Below are positions 36,940 to 51,162 of a DNA stretch of 64,000 nucleotides, piece after piece (position 1 is the stretch's first letter; each line of letters starts with the position of its first letter). Below the pieces are notes generated by a model. The model did no database searches. It saw nothing but the letters and a program-made list of their open reading frames with translations, and was not told where the DNA came from. The position numbers were made by a program, and so were the translations under genes. Source of the DNA: Octopus sinensis (lineage: Eukaryota); assembly GCF_006345805.1 (NCBI RefSeq), contig NC_043009.1, positions 22,258,001-22,322,000 on the forward strand. The letters run 5' to 3'.

Positions 36940-38944
36940 CTGAAATAAAAGAGAAAGAATATAAGAAATCAAAGACTGCCAAAGTGAAAAGATTCAACAG
37001 CACATGCACATATGTACATACAATATATATATACAACGCATAGCCGATACATACAATATATACTCTCTTTGGTCACACTGCTTTTGCAGACTCCCATGAT
37101 TCTCTGTCACCATCCAATTCCATTATTAAAAATTTGAATTGGGAGATCGAGTCATAGTGAATCTTTCATTGGCTGATTACAAAACCATTGCACAAACAGT
37201 GTGACTTATTGGGGCGTGCAAAGCCAATGTATGAAATGCTTTCTGCTTATAAAAGTATTTTGGCAATACTGTGTTGATAAAACTAGAAAATTCCAGTAGG
37301 TGTAGCTCCTTCTCATTTGTGCATCCCGTTTCACCCTGTTAGTAGAATATATCTTTCTCTCTTTGGTCACGACCTCTTGAAGTTTTAATACAATTTCTTT
37401 ACAGACTTGTGTTAGTGCTACGAACTAGGTTTTGAGCCCTTCTGAAACTAATTGGTATCAGAACACAATGTTTGAGTAGCTGTTTGCTACATTGTTTTTG
37501 CATTCTGTGTTTCTATGTTCTTTGGTCTGTTTTCACCATCTCATATGCTGGTCTTTTTAGTTTCCCTTTAGCTTCAGTGTTCTTACATTTCATATGGCAA
37601 CTGTGATGTTTCCTCTGTCAAAAATCTTTCCTGTCAAGCCACAAGTAGTACACAAACAAAATCAGTTTGGTGGAAGATGAATAACACTATCATTGGCAAC
37701 CCTGGCTACAAGAGATTTAATATAAAGTTGTTGCCTTGTCTGTTTGTCATATACCATCATGGCTTGGTAAACCTGGTAGATCTCCTGGTCTAACAACAGC
37801 TAATTTCTTTCAACTATGTGCCTTGTCCTGATAGTAAAAATAGCAGAGGTGTGGCTGTTTGATAAAAAGTTTGCTCCGCAACCACATTGTTCTGGATTTA
37901 GTCCCATACAAATGTTACTTTTGGCAAGTTGTTTTTTAATATGGCTTCGGGCTGACCAGAACCTTGTGAGTGGATATGGAAGACGGAACACAGATAGATA
38001 GCATAAAAAAGGGTAGAGATTCCCTTGAGACATGAATGATCAAGGGATTGCACCTACAAAGTTCCCCCACTAGGCACAAATCTGGAAACAGCTGTTCCTG
38101 GAAGACCAGCAGTTACACATGCATACCAAACTACCCTCACCTCGTCACTGATGTTTATCTAAGGGAGAGACAAAGGTCGATACAGCTTGGCACCAGTGAC
38201 GTTGCAACTCATTTCTACAGCTGGATGAACAGGAACATCGTGAAATAAAGTGTCTTGCTCAAGAACATGTGTGTGTGTATTTGCGACTATGTTTGTCCCA
38301 CATTACTGGTTGACAACTGGTGTTGATGTGTTTACGTTCCTGCCACCTAGCAGTTCAGCAAAAGAGATTGATAGCAGGCTTTAAAAGAGAAAATAACTAG
38401 CGAGGTCGATTTGACTGTAATTCCTTAAGGTAGTGTCCGAGTATTACTGCACTCTGAATAACTCTATCAAGGAAAAGATGATGCTGTGAAAATTTGTCTG
38501 AGAACTTCTCTTGCCTTGGCTACTGATTTCATTGTAGAAATCATTGCTCTATTGGTGCAATGTTAGCCCAACATGATTTCGCCTTTCAGCTGAAGGTGTT
38601 TGTAACAATAGTGAGAGATTTAGAATATGGACAAGAACCAGATATACCTGTGAAATTATGCCAGTCAAAGGCCAATGTGTAAGCCATCAGCTGTACATAC
38701 TTACTTGCTATGCCTCTATATAGTCCTATATACACACACACACCTATCTACATACACGTATTACCTCTGCATAAAGACTGTTAGATAAACACATACTTTC
38801 GAACATGCTTATATACATACATGCATACAAACGTGTTGCTGTTTACCTTATTCGCTCAATTATTGTTTAAAGGTCTTATGACTGATTTCAAACTCTGCGG
38901 TAAGGAATTGTAGTTTAAAGGTTCGAAAATAAATTTGCCCTTAC

Positions 38945-39140
38945 CTCCAATTGCAATCAGGGACCGCGATCAAATGACTCAGTTGTCACCAGGTCTTCCC
39001 TTGGCTGATTCCCACACTACGAATCCCCTTCGCACGATTTCGAGAGGAACGAGATAAAAAGAGGCAGGAAGACGTCATCAGCCCACTTCCAGTTCTCCTG
39101 CGCAGTCTCTCGTTTTCTCTTCCGCTAAATCTCTCTTCCA
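38945..39140 (-). promoter_or_regulatory. Putative promoter and exon 1 of ZNF-4
   Basis: Minus strand reads CGGAAG...CTGCGCAG...TGACGTCT (39070-39077)...GAG|GTAAGG, with the donor at 38944. Confidence 0.65.
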
Positions 39141-39399
39141 CCAAAATAAAAAAAATGAAACTTGGTCCTGTTTCGATAATAGAAAGAAATTTGCGCTTTT
39201 TTCCTGTCTTTCTGTCGATAGGAAATAATTGTTTCCAGTTTAGGTACAAACACAGCAATTTTAGTGGCTGAGGCTAGACAGTTTATTTTATCATTCTCCG
39301 ATGGATGAAAGGCGAAGCTGACCGCAGAGAGATGAAAAACAACGAGATTTAAATTTCGGACATAAAGAGCAGGACGAAATACTGTAGAGCTTTTCCCTC

Positions 39400-40040
39400 G
39401 ATTGTTATTCCACAGCCCTTAATACTGGGAACAACGAAAGCTGAAATAAAGTATTCAAAAAAGAAAAAAGCAAACAGTGAAATTATAAAATCAAAATCGT
39501 TATTTTGTGAGATATCTTTCTTTTCAGTTTCCTTTTATTTCTACTGCTCACAAAAAAAATAATAATAATAAAACAACTAGATGTATGTAAATGTAGCACG
39601 TATACTACACAGATGCTTATATTAATATACAACCGATGAGGAAGACGGCACAATATAATTGAAAGAGACAGTACTTAATTTAGACTGTTTTTGGCGTAAC
39701 TTCGGTATAAGTACCGGATACATTTCAAGAAAGTGTTTTTTTATATAAGGAAAGGGGGTAGGGTTTCTGTTAGGGTTGAGAGAAAAGGGTTTCTGTTATA
39801 TTCAGAAATGAAAACAAAGTCACGTGTGTACTTATACCGAAGGATCACCCTGTTTTTTTTTTTTTTACATCAAACGTTGACATCAAGTAAATTCGCAATT
39901 ATTTACAGTCAATATGATGTCCTAAGTGTCAGCTGCAAAATAGTTCCGACGAAGTAAATGCAAATTCAATAACAGGAAATTTTTTTGCGAGGAATTTTAA
40001 CAGAAAGCTGTTCAGGGGGAAGTAACTCTATTTTTAATAT
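39400..40040 (-). repeat. Upstream module, copy 3
   Basis: Reverse-orientation homologue of 2445-3155. Confidence 0.8.
39693..39849. mobile_element. Merlin-like MITE, copy 2 (8-bp TSD CTGTTTTT)
   Basis: TIRs GGCGTAACTTCGGTATAAGTAC and GTACTTATACCGAAGGATCACC. TSD at 39685-39692 and 39850-39857. The internal sequence is homologous to 3362-3528. Confidence 0.8.
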
Positions 40041-40849
40041 TTTAATGTATCTCGAGGGATTTTTTAGTTGGTGGTCATCAATTTAATGGTAAGCTACCAA
40101 TGTTACTGGTTCCAAATGTAGTAGTTTCAATGTTGTAATGGGCTGGTTGCGCGTGTTGGTATGTAACAATGTCCCAATATAACGTGAATATAAGTGTATG
40201 CATATATGTCAGAAAGCATACTTTTTAAGGCAAAGTAATTTAGTTGGGATTGCTGAAAGTGAGCGTAGATATGTAGAATCAGAGGGAAGACATAGAAACA
40301 GACAATTGCACAGATAGATAAGAGGTTTGCAGTACTGAGGTTGTAAGAAAAACGAACAAGCAGAAGCCGATGGTACGAAGGCTGGTGTGAAATATCAAGA
40401 TGTGTTCGCTGAAGATTATGGCGTCGCGGGCCTTCTGCTGAATGACGGTCAACAGGCGTGCCCTTGTTTTTTCTTTTGTAGAGATGGCGAATCGTGCATC
40501 TATACGCTTGGCCGCGCACTGCCCACATCATGCATAGATAGAAGACGACTATGCCAGTGGAAAGTATATCCACTACAGATTTATTGGACCGTGGTCTGAC
40601 TTGGGCACTGCGTTAAAGGGTTCAGGCGAATAAATCGACCTCGGTATTTATTTTATTTTAATAAGTAGGAGGCATATTATTCTATCGGTCGCTTTTTGCC
40701 GAACCGTCAAGACACAGGGACATAAAAGAACAAACACAGGTTATTAAGTGGTGGAGTGGAGACACTCGCACGCACGCCCACCCACCCACCCACCCACACA
40801 TAAATACATACATAGAAAAACTACAAAGATAAGCAATATTTATACACAT

Positions 40850-41160
40850 TATTCTAATTAGCTAACCGAAACAAAATGTAGAAATATACATCGTCCTTGT
40901 AACTATCCTGTAACAACATAACAATTCTACTCGGTGTCAATTTTGACTGGTGACTGTCAAAAGAGCTTCTACTTGATCGCAGGGGAAGTCTGAGATGCTG
41001 CGATTTCCCCATGGCCTTTTCCCTGGCAGCAGTTTCGAGCGATATGCCCTGTCTGCCTGCACCCGTATCAAATGATATCAGGCTTTGTCTCCACACAGTC
41101 CCCTGCCATCTGTGCTTCTTGGCTCTTAAAACACCAGCTGCTAAGCAGTCTCTACCACTG
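40850..41160 (-). mobile_element. Gypsy family B gag C-terminus (CCHC knuckle); duplicate at ~57890-58170
   Basis: Across a frameshift the minus strand reads VETKPDI..GCRQTGHIARNCCQGKG. The copy at 57986-58288 reads ICYRYGQTEHIARNCSQG. Confidence 0.6.
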
Positions 41161-41199
41161 TAAATGTCCTTGGATAATTTACTGGGCCAGTGCACTTGT

Positions 41200-44100
41200 T
41201 GACCACTACAAGTTGTGGTCAAATGTCGGTGAGGGTGTGAGGGGATATGTGCCATTGTGTTTGTGATGAATGTGATGGTGCAGCATTTAGTTCATGCTGT
41301 GCAGTGTATGCAGGGGCGTATGTGGATCCAGTGTAAGAGCACCCATAAAAGCCCGTTTTACCCTGTCAATTGATACAGTTTCATTTCTCCCATTAATGCC
41401 TAGGGTGAAAGGATAATTTGAGTTGGAAAGGATGCGGTAAGGTCCTGTGTATGGTGGTGTGAGAGGACTTCTCACAGAGTCATTGCAAAGAAATACATGG
41501 GTCCATGAAGGAATGTCCTTTGAGGCCAAAGCTGTAACAGTCTATTGCCAAGAGGTCATTGTTGGAAGACTGGAGAAATGCGACTGTAGTTTGTTAACAT
41601 ATAGAGTAGGATCTTGGGAGGATAAGTCCACTGGGGCTGGCATCTGACCCGGCAAGTATAATGGTACTCCATTAAGCAGCTCCATTGCAGAGATTCCAAG
41701 ACCCTCCTTGACAGCTGAAGGACAACTCAGAAGAACAGTGGGTAGATATTCGCTCCATCGATGTAGATCAGGATAAGCACAAAGTGTAGCCTTCAATTTA
41801 CGATAGAAATGGTCCAACATACCATTTGAAGCTGGATGGTAACTTGTAGTCTGAATGTGCAACACTCCTAGAATTTTTGAAAGCTCATGGAAGAGTTGGG
41901 ATTCAAACTGCCTACCACGGTTAGTGGTTAGCATGGTAGGAACACCGTAGCATGATATCCAACCCAATACCAGAGTTCGTGAAACCGATTCTGCTGTAAT
42001 ATCACATAGAGGAATGGCTTCAGGCCAATGTTAAAGCAGTTGATGCACATGAGATATATAAAGCATTGACTGACTGGCCACGGTCCAACTAGTTCAATAT
42101 GGACGTGGTGCTAATGCACCTATGATTCCTTGCAGGAAAGGCAAGAACATGACCAAGCAGTGATATCTTGTCTCATATTCGGCCAGAAGAATCTAGCCGA
42201 AATGGTGAGTATCTGGAACAAGAGGATGTAGTATATCCGTTCAGATGTCACAAAATAGTTGTATCTCAGAATTAGGCACAGGCAAATGCATAGATTTATA
42301 TGTTGCAAATTCAGGTTAAGCAAGATCGAGGGCAAGCTCATCCACAGAAAGATGGAGGTTGATATCTGAAATTGATGACAGAGAATATTCACAAAGTTTA
42401 GAGAGAGCAACTGCCACTGCATTCTGTGCATCAGATATATGAAGAATATCATTGGTAAATTGCAAAACAAAATTGAGGTGATGAGTTTCCTGATGCAAGT
42501 ATTTGCCTGTAGTTCACAGCCTAATATGTTATAGCATGTCTCAGCAGGGTTAAGCTGCCGGGAGAAAAAGGCAAGAGGTAATTGTTGGTGGTGATGTTGT
42601 TGCAAAACTGCACTGAAAGCTGTGTCTGATGTGTCCATGACTAGCGAAAGCTAGACATCATACATAGGGTGTGCAAAAAGAGATACATTAGCTACTTCTT
42701 GTATCACATTTGTTAAATGCTTCCAGTTGTAGTGCACTAAAGGAAATATGTTCATTTTTGTTCCTATTCCACAGATTGGTCAGTGGTAATGAGAGCTCTG
42801 CACAATGTGAAATAAAATTATCAAAAATACTGATAAAATGTCATAACTGCCATAAGGAAGTGCATGTAGAAAGATCATGAAGGGCTTTCATTTTATCTGG
42901 AAGTAGTGATATTTTGTCTGTGCTGATGTCGTGCTCCAGATAGACAGGTGAGGACGCATCAAAAACACACTTTACTGGATTAACATAAACTCGATAGTGC
43001 TTAAAGCGTGCAAACAGTAGGTGCAAATGGGTAACATGATCCTCAGGAAAAGTGCTCACAATAAGATTGCTTTCAATATAGGCATATACAATTCAAAATC
43101 ACACATAACTTTGTCAATGTAATGGTGGAAGGTATTAGCAGTATTGCATAATCCAAATGGCATGGTTAAAAATTTGAATGCGCCAAAAGGAGAAGTTATT
43201 GCAGTTTTTGGTATATCGTCAGGATCCACTGGGATTTAGTGGTAAGTTTTTGATCAGGTCCAATTTTGGAAAGACGGTACATACGTGAAGGGAAAAAGCA
43301 AAGTCTTAAATGTGTGAAATCAGATAATGTTCCGGTACAGTAATTGAAATCGTTCAATGATAGTCTCCAGAAGGACAATAGTCACTTGAACACTTGGGAA
43401 ACATATGTAATGAGGAGGTCCATGGGCTGGTATACAAGCAGAGGATGCCAAACTTTAGCTTATGTTTGAATTCCACCTTTCAACTTCACAGGTAGTCAAC
43501 GCAAGAAATGACAGGAATCCCCTTTGTTCTGATAAAACGCTTTGCAGATTGAGTAGGACTGCTCACTACAAATTGGTTAATTCTGAAAGCAGCAAGAAAG
43601 GAAACTGGACTGGTCGACAGGGTTGATGATCAACGACCAGGAATGGAAAAGTCCATGGACTCATCACATAATCGATGTGCATGTATGTCCACGAGAAGAC
43701 TGTATTGATGCAAAGAATCAGCATCTAAGATAGGATATGTCTAATCTGCAATGATAAAAATCCAGCTAAACTCCCAATGCAAGTACAGATCCAGACAGTG
43801 AGAGATTTGGCCATAAATAGGGATAGCAGAATGATTGACAGCTTGCAGAGAAATTGGTGAAATCAGAGGTTTATCCTTTAGCAGCTTCAAGGACCAAATA
43901 CTACAAGCTGCACGTCTGTCAATCAGGCAGCATTCACATAAAGACAAATCTGTGGCCAAGAATGCGTAATTTTGAGTGTGTGCTGATGGGGCAAGGTAAC
44001 GTGCTCAATTCCCCAGAGGAGAGTTTCCCTGATTAGAAAAGGAACAAGGCTGTATACACTGTCATGTTGTCATGTGAAAGTACCTAAATGTCTGTGATGC

Positions 44101-44860
44101 CAACAGAACGACGATGACATGGTGGAAACGAATGATTCCATTACCGATGTCGAGAAGACTGAGTCTGTGAGACATGAAAGAGTTGCACTTCCCTAGTAAG
44201 ATCCAATAATGCCTTTAACATAGCCGCCGAAGTGGACTCCTGATCCGACGACAACAAAGCAACAGGCAGAAAGGAAGAAGAAGGGTTTGCTGATGCTCCC
44301 AACGGAATAGGTGTGGCAGGATTGCAAGTATAATCCATGATTTTTTCAGCAGAAAAAGCTAGTTGATTTGCTGAAATGGTTTCCGTCATAGGCACCAAAA
44401 AGGTCTGAACATTAGGTTGCAGTCTGGAGGAAAAGCGTTGTTTGATCATTACATTATCTGCTGGTGTATTTTCGGCTCGTTCCTTCATTTGTCTCAATAG
44501 CTGTGAAGGCATATGATCAGCAGGATGTTCATTGTTCATTTATGTGTGAAACCTTTCCTCTGCTAATAGAGAAGTCCATCTCAAAGTCTCTGTCCTAACA
44601 CTGTAATAAGTGGCATCTGATGGTGGGTCAGTAATAAGATCCTTAAGTGTTGACGTTAAAGAAGGTGGGATAGCATTGAGTAAAACTTGAGCTGTTGTTC
44701 CTCTGAGCATATCTTATTACCCACAAAATGCAACTTCATCTGGGCAGACCATACACAAACATCACCGGTAAAATCCGGCAAGTTGTTATCCATGATGGAA
44801 GGATAGTACAACACTTGAATAAGAAGAAAATCAGATACAGCAGCTAGGAATGCCTGATCT
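41200..44860 (-). mobile_element. Decayed Gypsy family A (gag, protease, RT, RNase H, integrase)
   Basis: gag MDNNLPDFTG...HPADHMPSQLLRQM, RT remnants (NPVKCVF), RNase H (DTSDTAFSAVLQQ) and integrase (GRQFESQLF, YHPASNGM, VSIDRVK). No intact LTRs seen. Confidence 0.85.
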
Positions 44861-44899
44861 CTCAAAGGAGAAGAAATAATATCCTCCTGCATGAAAAAT

Positions 44900-45330
44900 G
44901 AAAAGAGAGGACAAGCTGGCTGTGTGTATTTATGCGTGGGTCAAACGACAGATGTGCTAACCAAATCACACATACATAGATATTGTTCCACCAAGATGAA
45001 ATAGTTCTACACATCCATGTCTTTGTGAGAGCATTAAAGTATTCCCTCCAGATACAGAGCCATGACACCTGCTAAATCCTCAATGCTTTGCAGCCATTAT
45101 TCATCTTATAGAGCCAGGTAATCACATCTCCGTTGCCACAAAAAGGTCTAATGGTATTACTACTGATCCTTATTTTTGATGCCATCTCATGGAAAGAGAC
45201 TGCTTGGAGACAAAGGCTGAACTCATTTGCTATGAGTGCAGGCAGATAGGGCATATTGCTTGAAACTTCAACCCGGAACAAGACCATGGGTAAATTGCAG
45301 CCTGTCAAACTTCCCCAGCAAGCAAGTAGA
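44900..45330 (-). mobile_element. Gypsy family B gag N-terminal fragment
   Basis: ISSNTIRPFCGNGDVITWL... resembles the FxGEGDVxAWL Gypsy gag start. Confidence 0.45.
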
Positions 45331-46169
45331 GGGTCTTTTGATTGTCACCAAGTAAAATTATCTTGTATATTTCAGCATTTTATTTCAGTTAGCTGATTAG
45401 GATAAGGTGTATAAATATCCCTCATCTCAGTAGTTTTTCTATATGTATGTGCCTCTTATTTATTAAAATAAAATAAGTACTGAGGTCGATTTATTCACAT
45501 AAACCCTTCAAAGCGGTGCCCTAGCATGGCCATGGTCTAATAAATCTGCAGTGGAACTACTTTTCTCTGACGCAGTCGACTTCCTTTTAATCGTGTAATG
45601 CTGTAACCATTCTGGCAAATATTGATTAACATTCATAACACGATTCCTCAGAATTTTCTAAAACAATATAGGCCAATTGAACCAACATCTGCTATTTAGA
45701 TTATAAAAGAAATCCTTCATAGTACATGAAAATTAATAGTTTCTGGAATGATTACAGCATTATGTATGGTTGGCAATATTGAATGATGATGAAACAATTG
45801 TAAATAAAGTATTAAAATGATTTGCTTACTCCCTTCTTTGATATTTATCGTTATATATACATGCCTACACTCAAATGAAGAATCTAGAAAAGTCTAATAC
45901 ACCACGACACTCTCTTCGTCTATAAATATGTGGCCTTCAGCTAAGTTGAAAGGAATAAATATTAAGATGGCAAATTTCACAGATATAGAATCATTTTCTG
46001 GAAAACTGAGTTTGAGTCATTTGATTCCTGGCTGGAACAATTTCTATTCTCCCCAAGTCAAAAGCTTTATGAAAAAAGAAGGCAAAAACTTCACAGCTTC
46101 CCATGAAATATCCTCTAAAAACCTCTCAGGCTTCATGTCTTTATAAAAAAAAATCATTATTAGTATTAA

Positions 46170-47340
46170 GCTTTAAATATATTTTTTCTGTATATTTTCT
46201 AAAATAACCTATTCTTAAATATTTTCTAATTCATGGAATTTATGTATCATAGTTGTATTCTACAAAATAACCCTCATTGATATTTTGTTCTTTTTAAATT
46301 TTATAACTACTATTGATGAGAAATAAAAAAACATACACTACCATTTGTTTTTTTTCTTTCTTCTTACATTCATCTTTACAATATAGAATTTATGTTCACA
46401 CAAACACACATGATTTTGGTTATTCTTGTTCAGTGTAAATGCTACAGTCAGAAACATTAGTTGCAATAATCCAATTTTCAAATACTAGAAATGATCAGTT
46501 AATGAGGAAGGGAAAAACTTAAAGCAATACATTGATAAAAGCAAATGAACAGACTATAGTAGAAGACCTTGGCCAGTCCATCAATGAGGAACACAGCTAT
46601 CCAAGTGAACTGATGCAAAGACGCACACAATGGAGCCCTGGGAACCCACCGGCCCAGAGCACCATCCAGTTCCAAGTGAAATGTGTGGAGGCACATGACC
46701 TAGTGGTTAGGGAGTTGGACTCATAATTACAAGATTGTGGTTTTGATCCCTGAACCAAGCGATGTGTGTTCTTGAGCAAAACGCTTCATTTCACATTCCT
46801 CCAGTCCACTCAGCAAAAATGAGTAGTCTTGATGGACCAGTACCCCATCCATGAGGAAATATTTGTGTTACAGAATGACAGAAAAAGAAATCCATAACCT
46901 ACAAAGAGCACAACAAAAACAGCAGGCTATATATTGAAAAGGAAATCTGAAGAGGTTTCTGACTTTGCCTTTTCTTCAGGATGTTGTGTGGGGTTTTTTT
47001 GCCCCATATACACAAAAAAAAAGACTATCCCAAAATACAACAATATCTGTTTCAACACACAGTTTCACATTAGGGATTTTGCAACACAAGTTCATACATG
47101 TAATTTTTCTTCACAATGCTTTTTTTTTTTTTGGTCTAACATGCATGACTGTGAGATTAACATAGGAATAGTATTTCACAAAAAAAGAATTGTACCTTTT
47201 AATCTTTTACTTGTCTCAGACAATGGACTGCAGCCATGCTGAGGCCTTGCATTGAAAGGTTTTAGTCAAACAAATTGACCCCAAGACTAATTTTTAGAAT
47301 GTGGTAATTTTCTACAAAGAGCACAACAAAAACAGCAGGC
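46170..47340 (+). repeat. Orphan ZNF 3'-tail copy with no coding exon
   Basis: Near-identical to ~31350-31700 joined to ~32760-33510. Confidence 0.8.
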
Positions 47341-47768
47341 TACATTGAAAAGTAGTTTACAAAAAAAAAACAATTCTACCTTTTATCTTTTACTTGTTGC
47401 AGTCAGTGGACTGCAGCCATGCTGGGGCCCTGCATTGAAGGGTTTTAGCCGAACAAATTGACCTCACGTCTTATTGTTTCAAGTTGTGGTTGAGGATAAA
47501 CACACATACAATATAGGCTTCTTTCAGTCTCTACCAACTAAATCCACTCAGTAATCTTTGGTCACCTGGGGTTGTAATAGAAGACACTTGCCCAAAATGT
47601 CACACAAAACCCAGAAGAATGTGGTAGGAAACCAAAATTCTTAACACATGTGTGCATAATTAGTGAACTTTCTCAACTAATTCCACTTCATTATCTGTGC
47701 AAAGAGACTAATATATTGCAAAAGAATTTCAAGTTTCTAACTTCTTAAATCTATGCCTGTGATGTTTT

Positions 47769-49387
47769 CTATCCCGTATGAACGTGCATGTGTTTCACTA
47801 AATAATCACTCCGAGAGAATGATTTACCACAGATATCACAGCAATAAGGTTTCTCTCCAGTATGAATGCGATTGTGCATAGCTAAGCTATTATTCTGAGA
47901 GAATGATTTACCACAGATATCACAATGGTACGGCTTCTCTCCTGTATGAATGCGATTGTGAATAGCTAAGTAATCACTCCGAGAGAAGGATTTACCACAG
48001 ATATCACAACAATATGGCTTCTCTTTTGAATGAATGCACTTGTGTTTAGTTAAGTGTTCATTCCGAGTGAATGATTTACCACAGATATCACAGTGATATG
48101 GCTTCTCTTTTGAATGAATGCGATGGTGCACTTAGCTAAGTGATCGTTTCGAGAGAAGGATTTACCACAGATATCACAGCAATATGGCTTCTCTCCTGTA
48201 TGAATGCGATTGTGCATAACTAAGTAATCACTCCGAGAGAAGGATTTATCACAGATATCACATCGAAATGTCATCTCTTTTGAATGAATGTGATGATGCT
48301 TAGCCAAGCTATGACTGTGAGGGAATGATTTTCCACAGATATCACAGCGATATGGTTTCTCTCCTGTATGAATGCGACTGTGCACAACTAAGTTATTTTT
48401 CTGAGAGAATGATTTACCACAGATATCACAACAATATGGCTTCTCTCCTGTATGAATGCGACAGTGTTTAACTAAGATATCATTCTGAGAGAATGATTTT
48501 CCACAGATATCACAGCGATATGGTTTCTCCCCTGTATGAATGCGATTGTGCATAGCTAAGTGATCATTCTGAGAGAATGATTTACCACAGATATCACAGT
48601 GATATGGTTTCTCCCCTGTATGAATGCGATTGTGTTTAGTTAAATGATCATTCTGAGAAAATGATTTACCACAGATATCACAGTGATATGGCTTCTCTCC
48701 TGTATGAATGCGATAGTGTCTAGCTAAGCTGTGATTTTGAGAGAATGATTTACCACAGATATCACAGCAATATGGTTTCTCTCCTGTATGAATGCGATTG
48801 TGTTTAGTTAAATGATCATTCCGAGAGAATGATTTACCACAGATATCACACCAATATGGCTTCTCTCCCGTATGAATGCGATTGTGATTAGTTAAGTGCT
48901 GATTCTGAGAGAACGATTTACCACAGATATCACAGCAATACGGTTTCTCTCTTGTATGAATGCGATTGTGCATAGCTAAGCTATTATTCTGAGAGAACGA
49001 TTTACCACAGATATCACAGCAATAAGGCTTCTCTCCTGTATGAATGCGATTGTGTGTTGCTAAGTAATCACTCCGAGAGAATGATTTACCACAGATATCA
49101 CATCGAAATGTCATCTCTTTTGAATGAATTTGATGATGCTTAGCCAAGCCATGATTGTGAGGGAATGATTTACCACAGATATCACACTGATATTGTTTCT
49201 CTTTTGTATGAATAAGCTTGTGTCGATTTAAGTTTGGTTTGCCGGAGAATGATTTACCACAGGAATCACAGTGATATGGTTTTTCTCCTGTATGAATATA
49301 TTTGTGAGTTGTTAAGCTATGTTTTTGAGAGAAAGATTTTTGACAGATATCACATTGATGTGGTGTTTTTCCTAAATCTTTCGGCAT
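47769..49387 (-). CDS. Poly-C2H2 zinc-finger gene ZNF-5: 19 fingers if the 2-nt insertion at 48129-48130 is removed, otherwise 14 fingers plus a 16-aa aberrant tail (445 aa)
   Basis: ORFs 48050-49387 and 47769-48131 join at AAG-TG-CAC-CAT-CGC. Either an assembly error or a real frameshift. Confidence 0.8.
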
Positions 49388-49914
49388 CTTCTTAACCTTT
49401 TACTCTGGTACTTGAAATTCTTTTCCATTCACGTTGTTTTGAATTAAACCTGCATTATCTCTTAGGTTTGAAACTTCAGTAAACTGATTGTTTTCAAAGT
49501 GACTTGCAGGATAGGTATGAGAGAACAAATCTCATTCATTTGATTGTAAAATAGTCAAAATTTAGCTGCTAAAGTGATGAAGAAAAAGAAAATCAACTCT
49601 CAAACTTTCTCATATGATTAAGTTTACCATAATTTTTGGCTCTCACCACTATATAGATATATGTAGGAATATTTTTCATATTTCTCTTTTTATAACTTGT
49701 TCATAACAACTATTTGGTCTGTTCCATCAACTGTTATCTTTGCTGATATCTGAAGGTGCAGAAAGTGTCTTTGTAATTTAATCCAAGCTTATTTCAAATG
49801 AAATTAATCTGCTACATATATTAAGCAGTGAATGTGAGAAATGTTGATGACAATCTCATAGAGAGGAAACGTTTCACTATAATTCATCACCAATTTATAT
49901 AAACATGGTTATAC

Positions 49915-50011
49915 CTCTTCTGTATAACAGCTTCCTTTAGTCTATCAAAGAAGATGAATAAGGAAGATGTCAGATATAAAAATTCCTTTTCTGCCAATAT
50001 CATCAGTTATT
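49915..50011 (-). other. Putative 97-nt internal 5' exon of ZNF-5
   Basis: Identical by eye to the ZNF-1 exon, with the same boundaries. Confidence 0.65.
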
Positions 50012-51162
50012 CTGAAATAAAAGAGAAAGAATATAAGAAATCAAAGACTGCCAAAGTGAAAAGATTCAACAGCACATGCACATACAATATATATATATAC
50101 AATGCATAGGTGATACATACAATATATACACTCTCTTTGGTCATGCAGCTTTTGCAGACTCCCATGACTCTCTGTCACCATCCAATTCCATTATTAAGAA
50201 TTTCAGTTGGGAGATTGAGTCATAGTGAATCTTTCATTGGCTAATTACATGGACGTCACCCCTCTGGATGCATTACAGTTACTATCTTGATAGAACTTGG
50301 TGATTCTGACTGTCGATCTTCTGGGATTCCTTCACTCAGCCTCAATGTAAGAAGCAACATTGGCTCAGCTGAGCTTTTCTGTTAACTCTTCATAATCCAC
50401 CATGCTACAGTCCCTTAACTTCACTTCGTCGCTGGCACGGTGACTCAACAGATCCTGTACCTTGTCAAAGAGCAGCCCGTTACTAAGCAGCGCACGGTCA
50501 TCATTCCATGAGGTATTTTCAAAGTACCTGCATACACAACAATAAATACAATACATGCTAATTTGCTTGCATCAAAGTGGCTACCTAAGTTGACCAATCT
50601 GTCCTTCCTTCCTGCCAATCCTATCAATGTTGTCAGCATATCTTAGGTTTGTGATGTTTGTCTTTCTCATGTTAACTGTTCTGCCATCATTTATGACCCA
50701 CTCCAGGAAAACACCGAGGAGAAATGGAGTGAGAGGAAGCAGGTTTGATACACTTTTGTAATGGTATGAATTACAAAAACCACCCTCACAGTAAGATTTA
50801 TTGGGGCATGCAAAGTACATGTACGAAATCAAGGAATTTAGCAACACTGAGTTGTTATAACAGTAGGTGTAGCTCCCTCTCACTTGTGGTGAAGGGCCAA
50901 CAAAATTCCTCCCTTCTTCCCCAGTCATTTGTGCATCCCTCCTCACCATGTCAGTACAATATATCTTTCTCTCTTTGTTGATGACATATTGAACATCATC
51001 ATCATCATCATCATCATCATTTAGCGTCCGTTTTCCATGCTAGCATGGGTTGGACGGTTCAACTGGGGTCTGGGGAGCCCGAAGGCTGCACCAGGCCAGT
51101 CAGATCTGGCAGTGTTTCTACAGCTGGATGCCCTTCCTAACGCCAACCACTCCGAGAGTGTA

